DNA of 64,000 bases, from positions 67,828,001-67,892,000 of the forward strand of contig NC_042998.1 of the NCBI RefSeq assembly GCF_006345805.1, read 5' to 3'. Position numbers and translations under genes: made by a program. The notes under the pieces were generated by a model that was not told the DNA's origin, did no database searches, and was given only the letters and a program-made list of their open reading frames with translations. This document shows, piece by piece, positions 12,656-25,157 of the stretch. This stretch comes from Octopus sinensis. Lineage: Eukaryota. How positions within the stretch are numbered: the stretch's first letter is position 1; each line of letters opens with the position of its first letter.

Positions 12656-14439
12656 TGTGAAACTTAATATCTACTTTTTATTCTGCTTATATATGGAGCA
12701 ATAGAATAGTCAATATCAGGGTCCTTTTTCCTATATTATTGTCTAAGAATTTACTTTCATCCTAATAGCTAACTTAATATACATCACTAAACATCGGTCT
12801 ATGACATGAATTCGATTTCTCATTGGAACTCTTTTACACCAATAAACGCTATGTACGGTTCCCCTTACCAATTTCCGCATTCGAGGCGTCAATGGGACTG
12901 ATATCACATCGATTGATAACTCTGACCTCACGAGACGTTTATCAATTTCATTACTATACGGTACTGCATGACAATTTATTTATTCCACATTTTTATTATT
13001 AAAAAGCCTATCATCCTCGGCAGTGTGATATGAACACTCTATTCCAGTTTCTGACGTTGATTAATGTCTTGTGTAGGTAGAAAACCTCATTTTCTTTTTA
13101 TATCAGGATGTAAAATTACTTGAACTTATTTTGATGTTGAATAGTAATTTTTTTTTTAACAACTTCATTTTCAATCTTCGTAATGGATGATGACGTAGTT
13201 CGTTAGTTATCGCTCTACGTTCACCTTGCTTTGATCTCATTCTATCAGCTCTTAGTTTCTTTCTATTTTTTTCACTCGTACGTTGCTTTTGTCGTCGGCA
13301 TTTTACTCGCTTTAATTGTTGTTTTCGTTGTTGTTTTCCTGTTGTTGCTACCAAAGAAATGTATGGACACCGAAAGCTATGTAATTATTCAAAATGAAAA
13401 AGAATCTCTCTATTATTTTTTGACGTTCCAACACAGCAGACATTCGATGTTTTAAGGTTTACTGATAAGGTGCAAAGATGGTAGATACTTTATTTGCGAT
13501 TTCTAAAGAATTAGGTAGAGCGACTATTACAGTATTTTCTCTATTTTTCTTTTCCTCTTTAGTGTTTTTCTGCTTTTTTTCCTTTCTCTTTGTGTTATAC
13601 TGCTTTTTGATTGGCATTCTGAATTTCCTAGTAAATTCCATAATATATTCGAACTCACATTTGGTAAACAGAGTTGTTCTATTATTGAGACAATTCTGGA
13701 GACGCCAATGAATATTTATATCGTAGACTCTAAGTCTAGATAATACTAACTATAACAATTTTCCTAATTTTTGGCGCAGTTTAAGAGGTAACAGTTTTTT
13801 TCTATTTTCCTATCTTTAGATATTTTTGGCTTTATTTTCGTTTCTGAAGTGGCTTCTCATGGGAAGTTAATTTTTAGAAGATAAAATATATTGCAGTAGT
13901 TTTCCAGAAACGATATAATTTTCATATATAATCAAACACATCTCTCATAGAAACATTTCATTTTGTTTTTAAAGAACACGCCTTCTGAAATAAACATATG
14001 GTTGTAAACATTTTTAGTTGTTAATCCATATTTTTTATGGAAACTATTAATGGTAGTTGTGTAGTGGCAGTAAATCCATATCTACAGATCATAACCAAAG
14101 CAGATTTCAATTCCCAATAGGAAATATTTCACTGCAGTTATACAATTAAAGCCTCGGAAACAAACATGAACCTCGCGGGCTGTAGCCAAGCCAATATGGC
14201 TAATATGATAAATATCTCTCTTGTTCAAGAGTATACAAACGATGGTTCGATTTATTCTAGTTTCAATTTTGTTATATACATAGCCGTTGAAATATGTATC
14301 ACTTTATTTTCATCTCAATATTTTCACAGAGTTAAAAGTATGGTAGAAGCTGTATTGTTCTTTAGGCGAATTCATATATTGGCATGGTTTCCTTTTGAAC
14401 ATTTCATACTAATACAGCTTAATTTTCTTCACCCTCCAC

Positions 14440-15010
14440 GATACCAAAGCCAATAGTTCTTCTCGTAACTAATCATCGATATATGAATAACAAGTGTAGT
14501 GGTTTGAATATTATGCTGCGATATGACCTCTGATGATAAACGATGAAATTGAGGAGGTGTAGGAGTAGAGCCAACTGTGAAAATAAATATATGTAGGACC
14601 ATGTTCACTGAAATCTCCCACAGAGTAATATCAGATAGGAAGGTATTTCTTTCGATTAAAGATATGTTCAAAGCACAATTGCGCAATACCCTGCATGTGA
14701 ACCTCTTCAACAACACCGCCCCTTCCCCTGAGCTCTTATACGCAAGGGAGACGTGGGTTACTACGACGAAAGAAGAAAAACGACAGGATATTGCATAGAG
14801 GGTCATAAAATGTTCCATGCTAGGAATACCACTGCAAGAGAATATCAAAAACGAAGTAACTCGACAACGGACATGAGAGAAGAATGTGAACGTGCAATAG
14901 CTAAAGTGCAGGTTTCGCTGGTCCGGAAGTGTCTCCTGGCTCACTGATAGGTTGTGGGTCCGTGTAGGTGCCAGGTGGTCCCCACTAGATCAAATTGGAC
15001 CACTACGAAG
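14440..15010 (+). mobile_element. RTE-clade LINE remnant (ORF2 C-terminus)
   Basis: LFNNT..ELLYARETWVTTTKEEKR, SMLGIPLQENIKNEV.RQR, FRWSG..LTDRLW. Confidence 0.8.
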
Positions 15011-15769
15011 ATCTCAATAACGAGAGGAAGATTGTATAATAAGGAAGTCGGTTTCAAATGAAAGAGAAGAACGCATTGTGGCCAACAATGTATAACTATA
15101 TAAAATTGGCTGAGAAAGGGAAAAAATGAGACAATCTACTATAAATAGTGTGTATAGTTGTAGCAAATAAACTATTTTAACATTTCGTTGAAAATTTTCA
15201 TACAGATTTTTCATTCTTTGCAAGCTTCTGATATTTTACACTCAACATTTTAGCACGTCGGATTATCAGTTTGGATATTCTAATTTCTGTATCTACATGA
15301 GCAGCAGGTTTCAGTATCCAGTTAAAGTCTACTATCGTGCCAAGTTTCCCTGATTATTTCGAATGGAAAATAAAAAGCAATTTAATTTTATTTCAGCAAT
15401 AATATTGTTGTTTATACTTTTGTTGTTGTCTGCTGCCATCGTTACCCTGACCGACCAGTTCTGATAGATATATCTTGGTCAACATTTTTTAACAGTTAAT
15501 ACTTCTTGTTTAAGACGGTAAGATGTAACTTGTGAATATCTGATTGCTATTTCAGGTAAATTGATCAGTATATAGACTGACATCTAATACGAATTTTATG
15601 AGTTCACCCACTTCCTTAAGGAGCTATTACTAAAATGACTTAGATTTTATCTATTCCTTCCAATGAAATGTTATAGTTACGAATAAGATATAAGGTGGGG
15701 ATGATCATGGATTCCATAGATTCTTTATTAAAATGTTCTGCGAAACAACGCCTTTCCATTTGTAAAAGT

Positions 15770-15822
<53 letters not shown>

Positions 15823-18497
15823 GAGAGAGAGAGAGAGAGAAGGATGAATATTTCAGCTTTACTACTTAATTTGTGTGGAAGATACGAGAAAAATTGTAGA
15901 GAATATTTTGGTAGGAAAATAAAAAAAGAACGAACTAGGATAACTTTAAGATCAAAGTTGTTTTAATTTTCAATGAAAGTTAATCTAATATAATTATAGC
16001 TCTTATTCACAATACAACTTCGAAAATTAAGGAATTACATTCTGTGTACAACATATCGCAAATGTTTTAAAAGATATCTTGTCGCTACTAAAGTAATTTT
16101 AAAAAATCAGAAAAACAGAAGTTGGATGAATTTCTTTAAGGTCAACGTAGCTTCGATTTTCAAATAATGTTAGTTTAATGAAATTATATCACTATTTTAT
16201 AAGAAAACAGAAACCGAAGCATATACCACTAACTTATTTAGCTTGGTCAGTAACTGCAATGAGATTAAAGATCTGAATGCTAACATTTAAAGCGCCTTTT
16301 ACATGGAGATACTGAATGTTCGTTTATAGCATTAAAATATTATTGTCTACTGTTTATACTAATTGTATTAGTCTTTTGGAAGCGATGTATGAGAGATAGC
16401 TGATATTTTGGTTGCAAATAGAGATTCAGTTTCCATTGTATGTCACATTTCCATTGTTTGCATTCAGTCATACATAAAAATATTGGTATAACATCGTTCC
16501 TCTGGATAGTACGACATTTACATAAGAAAGAAATAACAAATTTGTTGATAAAATATAAAGATATTATATAAAGATTATTTTCTAAATTCACAAGCCAACA
16601 TTCTGAGATAATATATTCCTTTGTCATATCAATTCTGATTTTATCAACAACAATATGTCACTTCTATGACGGTAAGAACAAAACAAAAAAATTCTAAAAA
16701 TTGAAACCAAAAAAATTTAAATTTTTAATCTTCTAATAACTCTAAACACAAAAATAATAAGAGGCTCAATTACTAGAAACGTGGAAGAGAAATGCGCCGT
16801 GGTATTTGTGTTATTTCTACTTCCATGCAAAAATTCACAACGAAAGAGGAAAACCAGTTTCACAATAGCTCTCTTCCTATCCTCGGTTCCATGTTCTTCA
16901 TTTTTCTGTTCTAGATTTACGCCAACTTTTCTACCAATAATTGAACGACATTATTCATTTGCTTTTGCTTTATATAATAAAATATAAATAATTTAATCTT
17001 TCATTCTTATGTCTTAGAACAATAAAACGTTAATGTCCATTGTGTTGCGTCTGTTTCTCAGTTGCTTTTACATGTTTAGCCATATCGTCTTGACTAACGA
17101 AATAAGCACCCGATATATCCGGATACTGGTTAAATTCGCCAAACGTATTAAGTATTTATTTGAAATTTTCTGGAAATGAAAAATTAATATTTTAGAATTA
17201 GGCATTTTAGAGCTAAATATTATGTGTCTTTAACCTGAAACCGAAAAACTCTTTTGATTTTAAGTCAGACCTAGGCATGTGTCATCTGTTGGCTTCTCTC
17301 AGAATTGCACAAATAACACAATTGTGAATTTTATTCCCCCAGCACTACATATATAGAGTACTTAATCTTCTTAGAAGGCACACGTTGTAATATATTGTAA
17401 GATACATATATTGAACAACAGAAATATGAGATAAAATTTAACCTGGTATGCATGGACTGGTATGGCTGTTAAGAAGCTCGTCTGAAATTGGCTTTCAATT
17501 CGATCCCACTGTACGACACATGGAGCAAATGTATTCAGCCAAAGACTTGATTTGATCATTATATTTTAAACGGAATCGGGCGAGAGTGTACGGAAACGTT
17601 CTGAAAATTCATATCGGCCTAGAGCTGGTGTGAGTTTTCCTCTTTTTCATCTGATACATCCTTTTTGTTCCGCTGAGTCAAGTTATGTCTGTGACATCTA
17701 GAAAGTATAGGCACCTAAAACAATTACAGAAAACATGTTACAATCTTCCACTCATAATAATCTAAGGCCGGCGTTTATGGTCATGTGTATGTGTGTGTAT
17801 TTGCAAGTGTGTATTAGGAATAACATTCGACTATATATCTATATCGGAGAAGCATGCAAGAATCTGAAAAACTGTAATTATTCGAAGAAAGTATCTCAGC
17901 TATTGAAAATATATAAATAAACAGATATTCGCTAAGGTATTACACATTAGCGCGAACACATAAAAACACCCAATGATTTATATAAATATTACATTTGGTC
18001 AAGATAACTGATACATTTTCTTTCTGAGTGAAATCTCATTTTCCCCCATCTCTCTCTCTCTCTCTCTCGCTCACTCTTTCTCTTTTTTCTCTCTCTCTCT
18101 CCCTCTGCTGCGTTGCAATGTGTTGCTCATAGTACGGGAAAGAAACCAAAAACATCTGGTTCTATACTATAAAATCTAACTGCCTTTAAAACAAAGTGGA
18201 TTACTTGATATTATGGCCCAAAATGAAGAACAAGTGAATCGAAAGATCCAGTTTTCTCTGACGAAATACATTACAAGTAACGCAAAGATCAATAGCATGC
18301 ACAAATACCGGATTGTAAATTTTGATGGCATGGAAAACCTTTTGTTTTGTTTTCCTAAAAAATCGAATTCTTTCGACCTTATCACCAAATGCCAGTTGTT
18401 GCAGTTTGCTTAGCCGCAGGTCAACACTGATCAACGGTTATAGCATTATTATGAATTAAATGAATGAATGATATATATATATATATATATATTTGTG

Positions 18498-18528
<31 letters not shown>

Positions 18529-18546
18529 TGTGTGTGTGTGTGTGTG

Positions 18547-18743
18547 TACTCTTTACTCTTTTACTTGTATCAGTCATTTGAATGTGACCATTCTGGAGCA
18601 CCGCCTTTAGTCGAGCAAATCGACCTCAGGACATATTCTTTGTAAGCTTATTACTGATTCTATTGGGCTCTTTTGCCGAACCTCTAAGTTACGCGGGCGT
18701 AGACACACCAGCATCGGTTTTCAAGCGATGTTGGATAGGACAA

Positions 18744-18780
<37 letters not shown>

Positions 18781-18948
18781 CATAAATATATATAAATATA
18801 TACGACGGGCTTCTTTCAGTTTCTGTCTAACAAATCCACTCACAAGGCTTTGGTCGACCCGAGGCTATAGTAGGAGACACTTGCCCAAGGTGCTACGCAG
18901 TGGGACTGAACTCGGATCCGTGTGGTTGGTAAACAAGCTATTTACCAC
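18547..18948 (-). mobile_element. SINE family A
   Basis: Reverse-complement match to 27522-27905. Confidence 0.9.
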
Positions 18949-18995
<47 letters not shown>

Positions 18996-20423
18996 GATAG
19001 TTAGATAGATAGATAGATGTATTCATACATGCATGTATTCTTTACTCATTATTATAAGTTTATTCAAATAAAAAACAACATACAACGGTTTCCTGTTAAC
19101 GAACCTTCCAAGTGTACAAGTGTGGTACCACAGTCGTTAGACGTGGCTGAACGGATTAGTATACTTTGAGCTATTCTTCTATTTGTGGATTTCAGGATTT
19201 ATACGTTTATCTGAAAACATTCGGGCGTGGTGTTTTTCTTGGGAATGTATTATTTTTTTTTAAATTACGTTTTGAAAGTGTTTGGTTTTTGTGAGCGAAT
19301 ATTTTGCTAACAAAAATTGTTGACATGATGTGTACTTGGAAATTTGGCTTAATTTTAGTTGTTTGATAACCCTGGAGCCAACAGAAACTTAGGCAGAACG
19401 CCAAGCCGAAAATGATTGTAAAATTTGATTTGTGCAAGTGCGTACATGTCTGAAAACTTTAAAAACTCGAATATTACTGTTGAGAGAATCACCATGTCCA
19501 GTGTTGAATAATTTAATTAAAACTTTGAAAATTTTCGTCTTCAACAACAATGATGACCCACGAAACACCATAGTCTTCATGACAACTAATAAGAGCCTGA
19601 TATATATATTTAGAAGCACGTGACTAGCAAAATAAATTTCTCGTGGAAGATAAGATACCAATATTACAGAATTGGTAGTATTGCCTGCAGGTTAGATCAA
19701 TATGTAGTTCCCATTTACGATGCATATCAACGATGTTTTGTAGAAATTTGAAATGATCAATATATTCACTACTGCTACAGTCAAATTCAAGCTGCGGCAT
19801 TGAAGCAAGGGAAATGCGTTCCTGTTGGTGATGAAAGAGCGTATATTAAGTTTTTCACACTTTCAATGAGAACTTATTTTCTTTTAGTTATCTCCAGACA
19901 TTTAAAGTTCAATGTTTGTATAGTTTGTACATTTTTTAATATTTGCCCTATTCAGGGCTGAGTCATGTGTCATCGACATATTGAATAACATCAAATAATT
20001 CACACAAAATTACGCATAAATACATATATATAGATAGATGGACAGACATACAAATAGAAAGGCAAGCAGACAGGATGAGAGATAGATAAATGTTTAGATA
20101 GATATATTTAAATAGCTAGATATGTGTATATATATATATATACTCACCATTCACACAGACACACGCACTTACGCGCACACACACAAACACACATACACAC
20201 ACACACATATATATAGTTCTTCTTTTTTAATGCCTAAAGATGTGTCTGGAGCAACTTCCGCTTCTCTAATATTTAAACCTGACCGCCATTCCTCTATTGA
20301 TTGTACTCGCAACAATTTCTCATTCAGTACAATGATATGTCCTTTATATTATATTTTATCTCGAATGTACTTGGACAATATTGAGTTTAGCTTTCTAACT
20401 GATGTATTGAGTATATAATTCTA

Positions 20424-20583
20424 GTGGCAGGCGTGGCTGTGTTGTAAGAAGCTTCATTCCTCACCACATGGTTTCTGGCTCAGTCCTACAGTGTGGCATC
20501 TTGGGCGAGTGTTTCTGTTATAGTTTCCGGCTGACTAACACCATGTGAGTTGATTTGGAAGATGGAAAGTGAAAGGTGCCCGT

Positions 20584-20586
<3 letters not shown>
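20424..20586 (+). mobile_element. SINE family A, 5' half, interrupted at its internal (TA)n
   Basis: gcaggcgtggctgtgttgtaagaagctt..ccacatggtttctggctcagtcc..gtggcatcttggg..gcccgttgtatata. Confidence 0.8.
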
Positions 20587-20619
<33 letters not shown>

Positions 20620-20640
<21 letters not shown>

Positions 20641-21004
20641 GGCAGTTTGCCTCTGTGTGTGTCTGTGTGTCTGTCAGGTTGTACCCTCACCCTGACCATG
20701 GCTTTCAACCGATTCTGATGAAACTTGACACACACATAGCCCAATGTCATAATTCAAAACTAACGCAACGAAAATTTTGAAAAGTTCTCCCAGTTCTGAA
20801 AAAAATCGATAAATTCGACATGGGGTCGAGAATCAGAAACACAAACCACACACTGTCTAGGGGACGCAGCTCAACCTTTTTAACTCAAAAAAAATTTACC
20901 ATAATTTTTTTCCCATTTTTTTCTATTTTTTGGCTATAACTCTCTAAAAATGCTTTATAGTTATTTCCCTTACAAACCCGAGCAACGCCGGGCGATACTG
21001 CTAG
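20620..21004 (+). mobile_element. Non-autonomous Helitron-like element
   Basis: Ends in CTAG|T (21001-21004), with a GC hairpin cccgagc-aac-gccggg (20977-20992) eight nt upstream. The 5' end tatatataaa..gtttgcctctgtgtg..gaaactt is buried in (TA)n. Confidence 0.75.
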
Positions 21005-21114
21005 TATATATATATATATATATAACTAATGTAGGATAAATTTTTTTCGGGAAAAAATCTTTATCAATGGCCAGCATATCAAAAAATACCTTTAAAGGTT
21101 AAATTTATAAACAA

Positions 21115-21385
21115 TTTACAAAATGAGGGCAGAAGAAAAATTCTAATGCCAAATATGCCGAAAAAAAGACAAAAATTGTCAATAACCATTATAATTTATG
21201 CGTCTCGAAACAAACCGATAGAATTTTTCTAAAAAATCCGTTATTACCGTATTGGTCCCAATTTCGGGGTTAATATTTCTATCGGTTTGTTTCGAGACGC
21301 ATAAATTTTAATGGTTATTGACAATTTTTGTCTTTTTTCCGGCATATTTGGCATTAGAATTTTTGATCTGCCCTCATTTTGTAAA
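21115..21385. mobile_element. MITE/foldback-like element with 109-bp inverted arms
   Basis: 21115-21223 versus the reverse complement of 21277-21385: 4 mismatches; 53-bp spacer. Confidence 0.8.
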
Positions 21386-21501
21386 ATATATATATATATA
21401 TAATATATATATATATATTATATATATATATATATATATAATGGTAAGACAACAAGAGAATGAAAGAGACCTCGATATTATGTAAATAGAGGAATTTATC
21501 C

Positions 21502-21704
21502 GTAAATATAATATGTGACAATTATTTGGTAGCCATGATAAAATTCTGAGTTTCGGATATCGGGGCAAAAACGCACGCCGCCATCTCTTTAGTTATCCGG
21601 CCATCGAAAAAGATTGAATAGATGGCGGCGTGCGTTTCCGCCCCGACATCCGAAACTCGGAGCTTTATCATGGCTATCGAATAATTGTCACATATTATAT
21701 TTAC
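21502..21704. mobile_element. MITE/foldback-like element with 85-bp inverted arms
   Basis: 21502-21586 versus the reverse complement of 21620-21704: 8 mismatches, all transitions; 33-bp spacer. Confidence 0.8.
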
Positions 21705-23240
21705 AGATATATATATATATTTGTGTGTGTGTCTGTATATGTGAGTGTATGTTTCCGTTTTCCCTCGTAGGGTGGCAAAATCTTTGCAGTAGAAAAACTA
21801 TCACTTGTAAAAAAAGAAATATATAGATAGATAGATATAAAATCAATAGTTTAAAACATTTTTTCTCATTGAACATTTTTATAGAAGTTACTCGTTACTG
21901 AATCTGTGTCAACTGATATTTTGCAGAAACAAATCTTAGTATATCATCACAGTATTGTGAAATATCCCTGTAATGTTGCTATACATTGTTCTATGTATTT
22001 CTGTCTTTCTTTAATAGTGGTTTTGTTGTAAGAATTTCAGTAATTATACATTATTCCTCTCAATGTGGGATTGAGTTCATTTTTCTCAAGTTTCTTTATA
22101 TTCTATTGTGCATTCGTTTTCCGTCTCTATTTATCATTGTTGAGAATTTTATAAGAACAGCACTCATCTGTAAAATGAATATGTATCTATAGCATCTTGC
22201 AAAATAGAATCTAAGAATCCCCACACAATGATACATGAAAAGCCTACATTACAGAACTGATAATTTTGTAAAAGAACTCTCCGGCTGACTTATTTCTCTG
22301 ACAAGAAAGATAATGATCTTCCTTCATACGAGTTTGAATTCAAAACTCCCAAATGCTCACGTCTAAATATATAGTTACAGCCTTCTGAAATGACTCGAGT
22401 GAACCTGCATAAAGACAAAATTTTCGTAAAAGCTTGTAACGATTTTCAAAGGCTTTTAAAAAATATGTTAAAATCTTTTCATCTTCGTAAATATCGTTCC
22501 GTATAATCAGATAAAGGTAAAGCCTTACAAGAAATAGATTATAAATCAAACAAGAGCTTCTTATCTAGAAAAATAGCCAATATATACAGAACAACAAATC
22601 TTATACAAATACACTCAGCGCTCGGAATTCAAAACCAAACAAATAGAAAAACGATTTTAAATAGAGAAACCAGTTGGATCTTTGACGCTAGGTAAAAAAT
22701 TATTTCATTTTCATTTTCAAGCACCACCACCGCCATGCTATAAATAGCCATCCACTAGATTAACTGATCCAGTAACAAACAGTATAGAAATAATTAGTAA
22801 GCAAACCTGAAACGATATTATAATCAAAATCTAAATGATTCAACTTCTATACAAGTTTAAAAGCAACGATACATAGTCAGACATTTAAATGTTTACCAAA
22901 AGCTTATAACAGATATTTGATGTTACACGCTTGCACACAGGTACTCATGCACACATTCACACACACACACATACACGCACACAAATACACACGAACACAC
23001 ACATACATATTCAATAAATGAAAACAAACTAATGTTTATTTGTGAGATACGAATAAGATAATTTATTTTCAGAGAAAAGAAAAAATATCCATACAAAGCG
23101 GAAAAATATGTCAGCAACCAGCCATGCTATATATATACACACACACACACACACAGATTTTTGGTTCGAGATGGTCATTTCATTGTTTTTTTTATATTTT
23201 TGCCAAGTAACCACAGGCACTATATATATTTATATATATA

Positions 23241-23525
23241 ACAGCCTGGGTTTGAAGGGCCCACAGCTTTTTAATATTCTCCCAAAGTGTCTGAGGAACT
23301 TGCACAAAGCAGATGTAGCGGTTTTAAAATCAAAGCTGGACATCTTCCTGTCGAGAGTCCCAGATGAATCTACCTCACGGCAAGAGGTGCAAATGAGAAT
23401 AGCTACATCAAACTCCATTCTTCACCAAGTACCACATATTAGACGAGGTTCTTCGCAATAACAGTGTAGCACAAAACGGCGGTGCATCAGCATGGCCGCA
23501 GCTCTGAGCTGAAACTAGAGAAAAA
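23241..23525 (+). mobile_element. CR1/L2-group LINE 3' end
   Basis: SLGLKGPQLFNILPKCLRNL..LKSKLDIFLSRVPDE followed by a 3' UTR; homologous to 63361-63625. Confidence 0.85.
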
Positions 23526-23707
23526 ATATATATATATATACATACTTCATTCGTTTATTACTATTATTTAATTATTTTTAACTGTTCAGAATGGAGTAAG
23601 TGGAGCAACAACACACGGAAGAGGGAACAGATGTTTCACGAAACATTTCCGAACAATGGAGAGGCGTTAGAATAATAAAATAACAGTAATAAATGAGTGA
23701 AGAATAT

Positions 23708-23750
<43 letters not shown>

Positions 23751-24033
23751 CGTGAGTTTACTTGGTAGCCATAGTCAGTTACAAATATTGTTGTCTGTGG
23801 AGACATATTTTTGTAGAAAAAGGAAATGGTAGTCCTTTGGCTGCTATTTCTAAAATTTTCGGTATGTGGTCAAGCAACTTGTTGCAAACCTTTATCGTTA
23901 TAATTATATAAGTTTTTACCGAATATGTACCTTTTCCATACCGAAATACTACTAGGTGAAATTTGTTGATTTTATTAAATTAATTATCTTTCACCCTATA
24001 TCTGTAATGAATATGTATATATATGTATATGTA

Positions 24034-24117
<84 letters not shown>

Positions 24118-24120
<3 letters not shown>

Positions 24121-24285
24121 GAAACTTGTAGAAAAACAAAAAGACGATGACAAGTGTATGAACAACATGCAAGTGTATTAGTTTGACACTCGTGAAAAAT
24201 GCAAAAATGCAAAATTTATGAGCCTACGCTCTTCAACGGAAAGGCATAAGAGAAAATTAAACAGAGAAAGAGTGAAAATATTGTT
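24118..24285 (-). mobile_element. TA-embedded short element with a decayed hammerhead motif (24213-24244)
   Basis: Minus strand CCGTTGA-A-GAGC-gtag-GCTC-ATAAA; flanks homologous to 58360-58520, 49381-49504 and 59215-59420. Confidence 0.6.
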
Positions 24286-24320
24286 TTTCATTCTCTCTCA
24301 CTCTCTCTCTCTCTCTCTCT

Positions 24321-24371
<51 letters not shown>

Positions 24372-24417
24372 ATATATATGTATGTATATATATGTATATA
24401 TAGTATATATATATATA

Positions 24418-24463
<46 letters not shown>

Positions 24464-24515
24464 TATATATATGTAGGTCCCGGGTTGATTCGGGGTTAAC
24501 CACAGTAAATAAGGT

Positions 24516-24564
24516 ACTCCCTGAAGATTTCTCTTGAATGAAACAGTTCTAGTCCTGTAGAAGC
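24516..24564 (+). ncRNA. Type I hammerhead ribozyme motif (copy 2)
   Basis: ctcc-CTGAAGA-t-ttc-tctt-gaa-t-GAA-ACAG-ttctagtc-CTGT-A-gaag; one C.A mismatch in stem I. Confidence 0.6.
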
Positions 24565-24665
24565 TCCTTCTATATAATAAAATAAAAAAAAATATAAATA
24601 TATATATATGTATATTTATGTATATATATGTATATATATGTATATATATATATATGTGTATATAT

Positions 24666-24718
<53 letters not shown>

Positions 24719-25106
24719 TTGTGTGTGTTTGTGTGGTTATATATTTATGCCTATGTATATTGAAAATCGACCAGGTAATTGGTAGCTAACACCAAACCCA
24801 ATAAATCCTGTCAACCTCTATATTCCTGCCAAGTTGACAGTAATAACAAACTAAATGTTGATTTAGATGCAATTAGATACACGAGCCTTCCGATTCCTTC
24901 ATCATGATAGGTTCGGGTAAATCAAACGAAGAAATTACGCTCAGTACATGGAGAAGCAGTTTTATGTCTTCGTTACAGCCTCTTGATTTCCTCTCTGCTA
25001 ACTAAACAAGAGCTGCTCATGCCGTGAGACGATGAGATATATATACACCAGTGACCGCTTCAGCTGTCGCACTCACACACACGTATATAGATACATATAT
25101 ATATAT

Positions 25107-25157
<51 letters not shown>

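Noticed and set aside
16340-16627. 95-aa minus-strand ORF and a GTMLYQYF word in another frame
   Set aside because: AT-rich random-looking translation with stops interrupting the motif.
19207-19661. Minus-strand frames with a signal-peptide-like stretch and an EDYGVSWVIIVVED word; plus-strand LLLRESPCPVL
   Set aside because: No in-frame ATG, early stops, no convincing splice-site pair; resemblance to receptor ATDs is within chance.
22240-22700. Possible GIY-YIG C-terminal remnant (ILNRETSWIF)
   Set aside because: A single short motif in heavily decayed sequence; cannot be assigned.
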